Positions 62,877 through 64,000 of a stretch of 64,000 nucleotides of DNA are shown in pieces. This DNA comes from Oscillospiraceae bacterium (lineage in GTDB: Bacteria > Bacillota > Clostridia > Oscillospirales > Oscillospiraceae), in contig CACXMX010000002.1 in NCBI GenBank assembly GCA_902768805.1, positions 6,241 through 70,240 on the forward strand, in the 5' to 3' direction. A program made the position numbers and the translations under genes. Position 1 is the stretch's first letter. Every line of letters begins with the position of its first letter. Below the pieces are notes generated by a model. The model saw only the letters and a list, made by a program, of their open reading frames with translations, searched no databases and was not told the origin of the DNA.

Positions 62877-64000
62877 ATGCAGAAAAAACACGGGAGAGCG
62901 TTTCCGGTGCTGAAGACGGCTTCGCTGCTCATTCTCTGCGCCGCCCTCACCGCGGTGGTCTTCGCGCGCTCCTCTCAGTCCGGAGCCGTATCCGCGCCGG
63001 CTGTACCCGAATCCCCCCGGCCCCCGGAAACCGCTTCCGCCCCGTCTTCTCCCGCTTTCACGACCGCTCCGGCCGGAACGCCCGAACAGGAAAGCGAGGG
63101 CTCTCCGACCCCGGCCCCCACTCCCAGCCCCGAACCCGAGCCGGAATACTTTACCATATCCATGGTCGGAGACTGCACTTTGGCGGAAGCCAAGACCCGA
63201 CGGGGCTGGACGAGCTATTTTCAGGATGTGGTGAAAACCAATTATGCCTATCCCTTTGAAAACACGAAAAGCTATTTTGAAGACGACTATCTCACCATTG
63301 CGAACCTCGAATGCGTTCTGAGTGAAAAGTACGCCGGTTATCCCTCGTACGCGCCCTACGATTCCATCGAGCAGTTCGTTTTCCTGGCTCCGGCGGCTTA
63401 CGCGAAGATCCTTTCCGAGGGCAGCGTCGAATTCGCAACGCTCGCCAACAACCATACCATGGACTTCGGGCAAAACGCCTATAACGATACGGTAGCCGCT
63501 TTGGGCGCGGAAGGCATCGCCTGTGCGGGAGAAAACGAGACCTACCTCTACCGGACTGACGACGGTCTGAAGATCGGTATTTACTGTCTTTACAATCGTC
63601 TGACCGGGAACGCTTTGAGCATCCAGTCGGAGGCGGCGAGAACACAGCTTGTTTCGGAAAGCAGAGATATGATCCGCGCCGCCGCCGAATCCCTGCGCGC
63701 CGAAGGGGCGGAGTACCTGATCGCCTGCCTTCACATGGGTCAGGAGGGTTCTTATGAGACCTCGGATATTCAGGTGAATATCTGCCGTTCCTCCATTGAT
63801 TCGGGCTTCGATCTCGTATACTGTTCGCACAGTCATCGGCTGCAGCCCGCCGAGGAATACGGCGGCGGCATGATCTTCTACGGACTGGGGAACTGGATCT
63901 TCGGAGGGAACAACAATCCCGGATACGGGACCGATCCCGCCGCCTACGACACCGTCATCGCGCAGGTAACTGTCTGCAGAAAGGGCAGCGAGGTCCGTCT
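62877..64000 (+). CDS. CapA/PGA_cap family metallophosphatase-like protein (3' end outside window)
   Basis: ATG 62877 with a GGAGG RBS. Signal/anchor segment, Pro-rich linker, then MVGDCTLAE..., LANNHTMDFG, CLHMGQEG, SHSHRLQP, YGLGNW. It is absent from the ORF track because no stop falls in the window. Confidence 0.8.
   Translation, partial: MQKKHGRAFPVLKTASLLILCAALTAVVFARSSQSGAVSAPAVPESPRPPETASAPSSPAFTTAPAGTPEQESEGSPTPAPTPSPEPEPEYFTISMVGDCTLAEAKTRRGWTSYFQDVVKTNYAYPFENTKSYFEDDYLTIANLECVLSEKYAGYPSYAPYDSIEQFVFLAPAAYAKILSEGSVEFATLANNHTMDFGQNAYNDTVAALGAEGIACAGENETYLYRTDDGLKIGIYCLYNRLTGNALSIQSEAARTQLVSESRDMIRAAAESLRAEGAEYLIACLHMGQEGSYETSDIQVNICRSSIDSGFDLVYCSHSHRLQPAEEYGGGMIFYGLGNWIFGGNNNPGYGTDPAAYDTVIAQVTVCRKGSEVR

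Overview
The gene order, a T-box leader, cdaA-cdaR and SigA-type promoters and RBSs suggest a high-GC Firmicutes (Clostridia-like) chromosomal segment; this taxonomic call is inference. Positions 693-36227 form one uninterrupted minus-strand array of about 45 mostly housekeeping genes. It carries two blocks syntenic with Bacillus subtilis: yicC-remA-gmk-rpoZ-priA-def-fmt-rsmB-rlmN-stp-prkC-rsgA, and asp23-nusB-xseA-xseB-ispA-dxs-tlyA-argR-recN. It also carries cdaA-cdaR, ispD-ispF and a T-box-controlled tyrS. A tRNA-Leu(UAG) at 36282-36364 marks a switch to accessory-type content running to about 48 kb. That stretch holds an AT-richer TetR gene, a 3-hydroxyacyl-CoA dehydrogenase homologue, two head-to-head truncated gene remnants, two MATE pumps, and an AraC-headed six-gene acetyltransferase/Nim-like/flavodoxin/hypoxanthine-DNA-glycosylase operon. 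The last 16 kb holds secG, a disrupted RNase J gene, recR, rpe, an xpaC-telA-TPM stress cluster, ybaK, an EF-G paralogue, a degenerate P-type-ATPase-like protein, rlmB, a rhomboid-like protein and a partial capA-like gene. I saw no CRISPR array, transposase, integrase, prophage or recognisable defence system. The most unusual items are listed here.
- A coupled DUF5685 / J-domain cysteine-string / membrane-protein trio.
- The catalytically degenerate P1B-ATPase-like protein with a long acidic N-terminus.
- The split rnj gene.
- The deletion scar at about 38.97 kb.
- A GNAT::Nim-like fusion inside the AraC operon.
- A terminator-flanked 45-codon ORF upstream of a MATE pump.
All family assignments come from reading the translated ORFs by eye. 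No database search was run.
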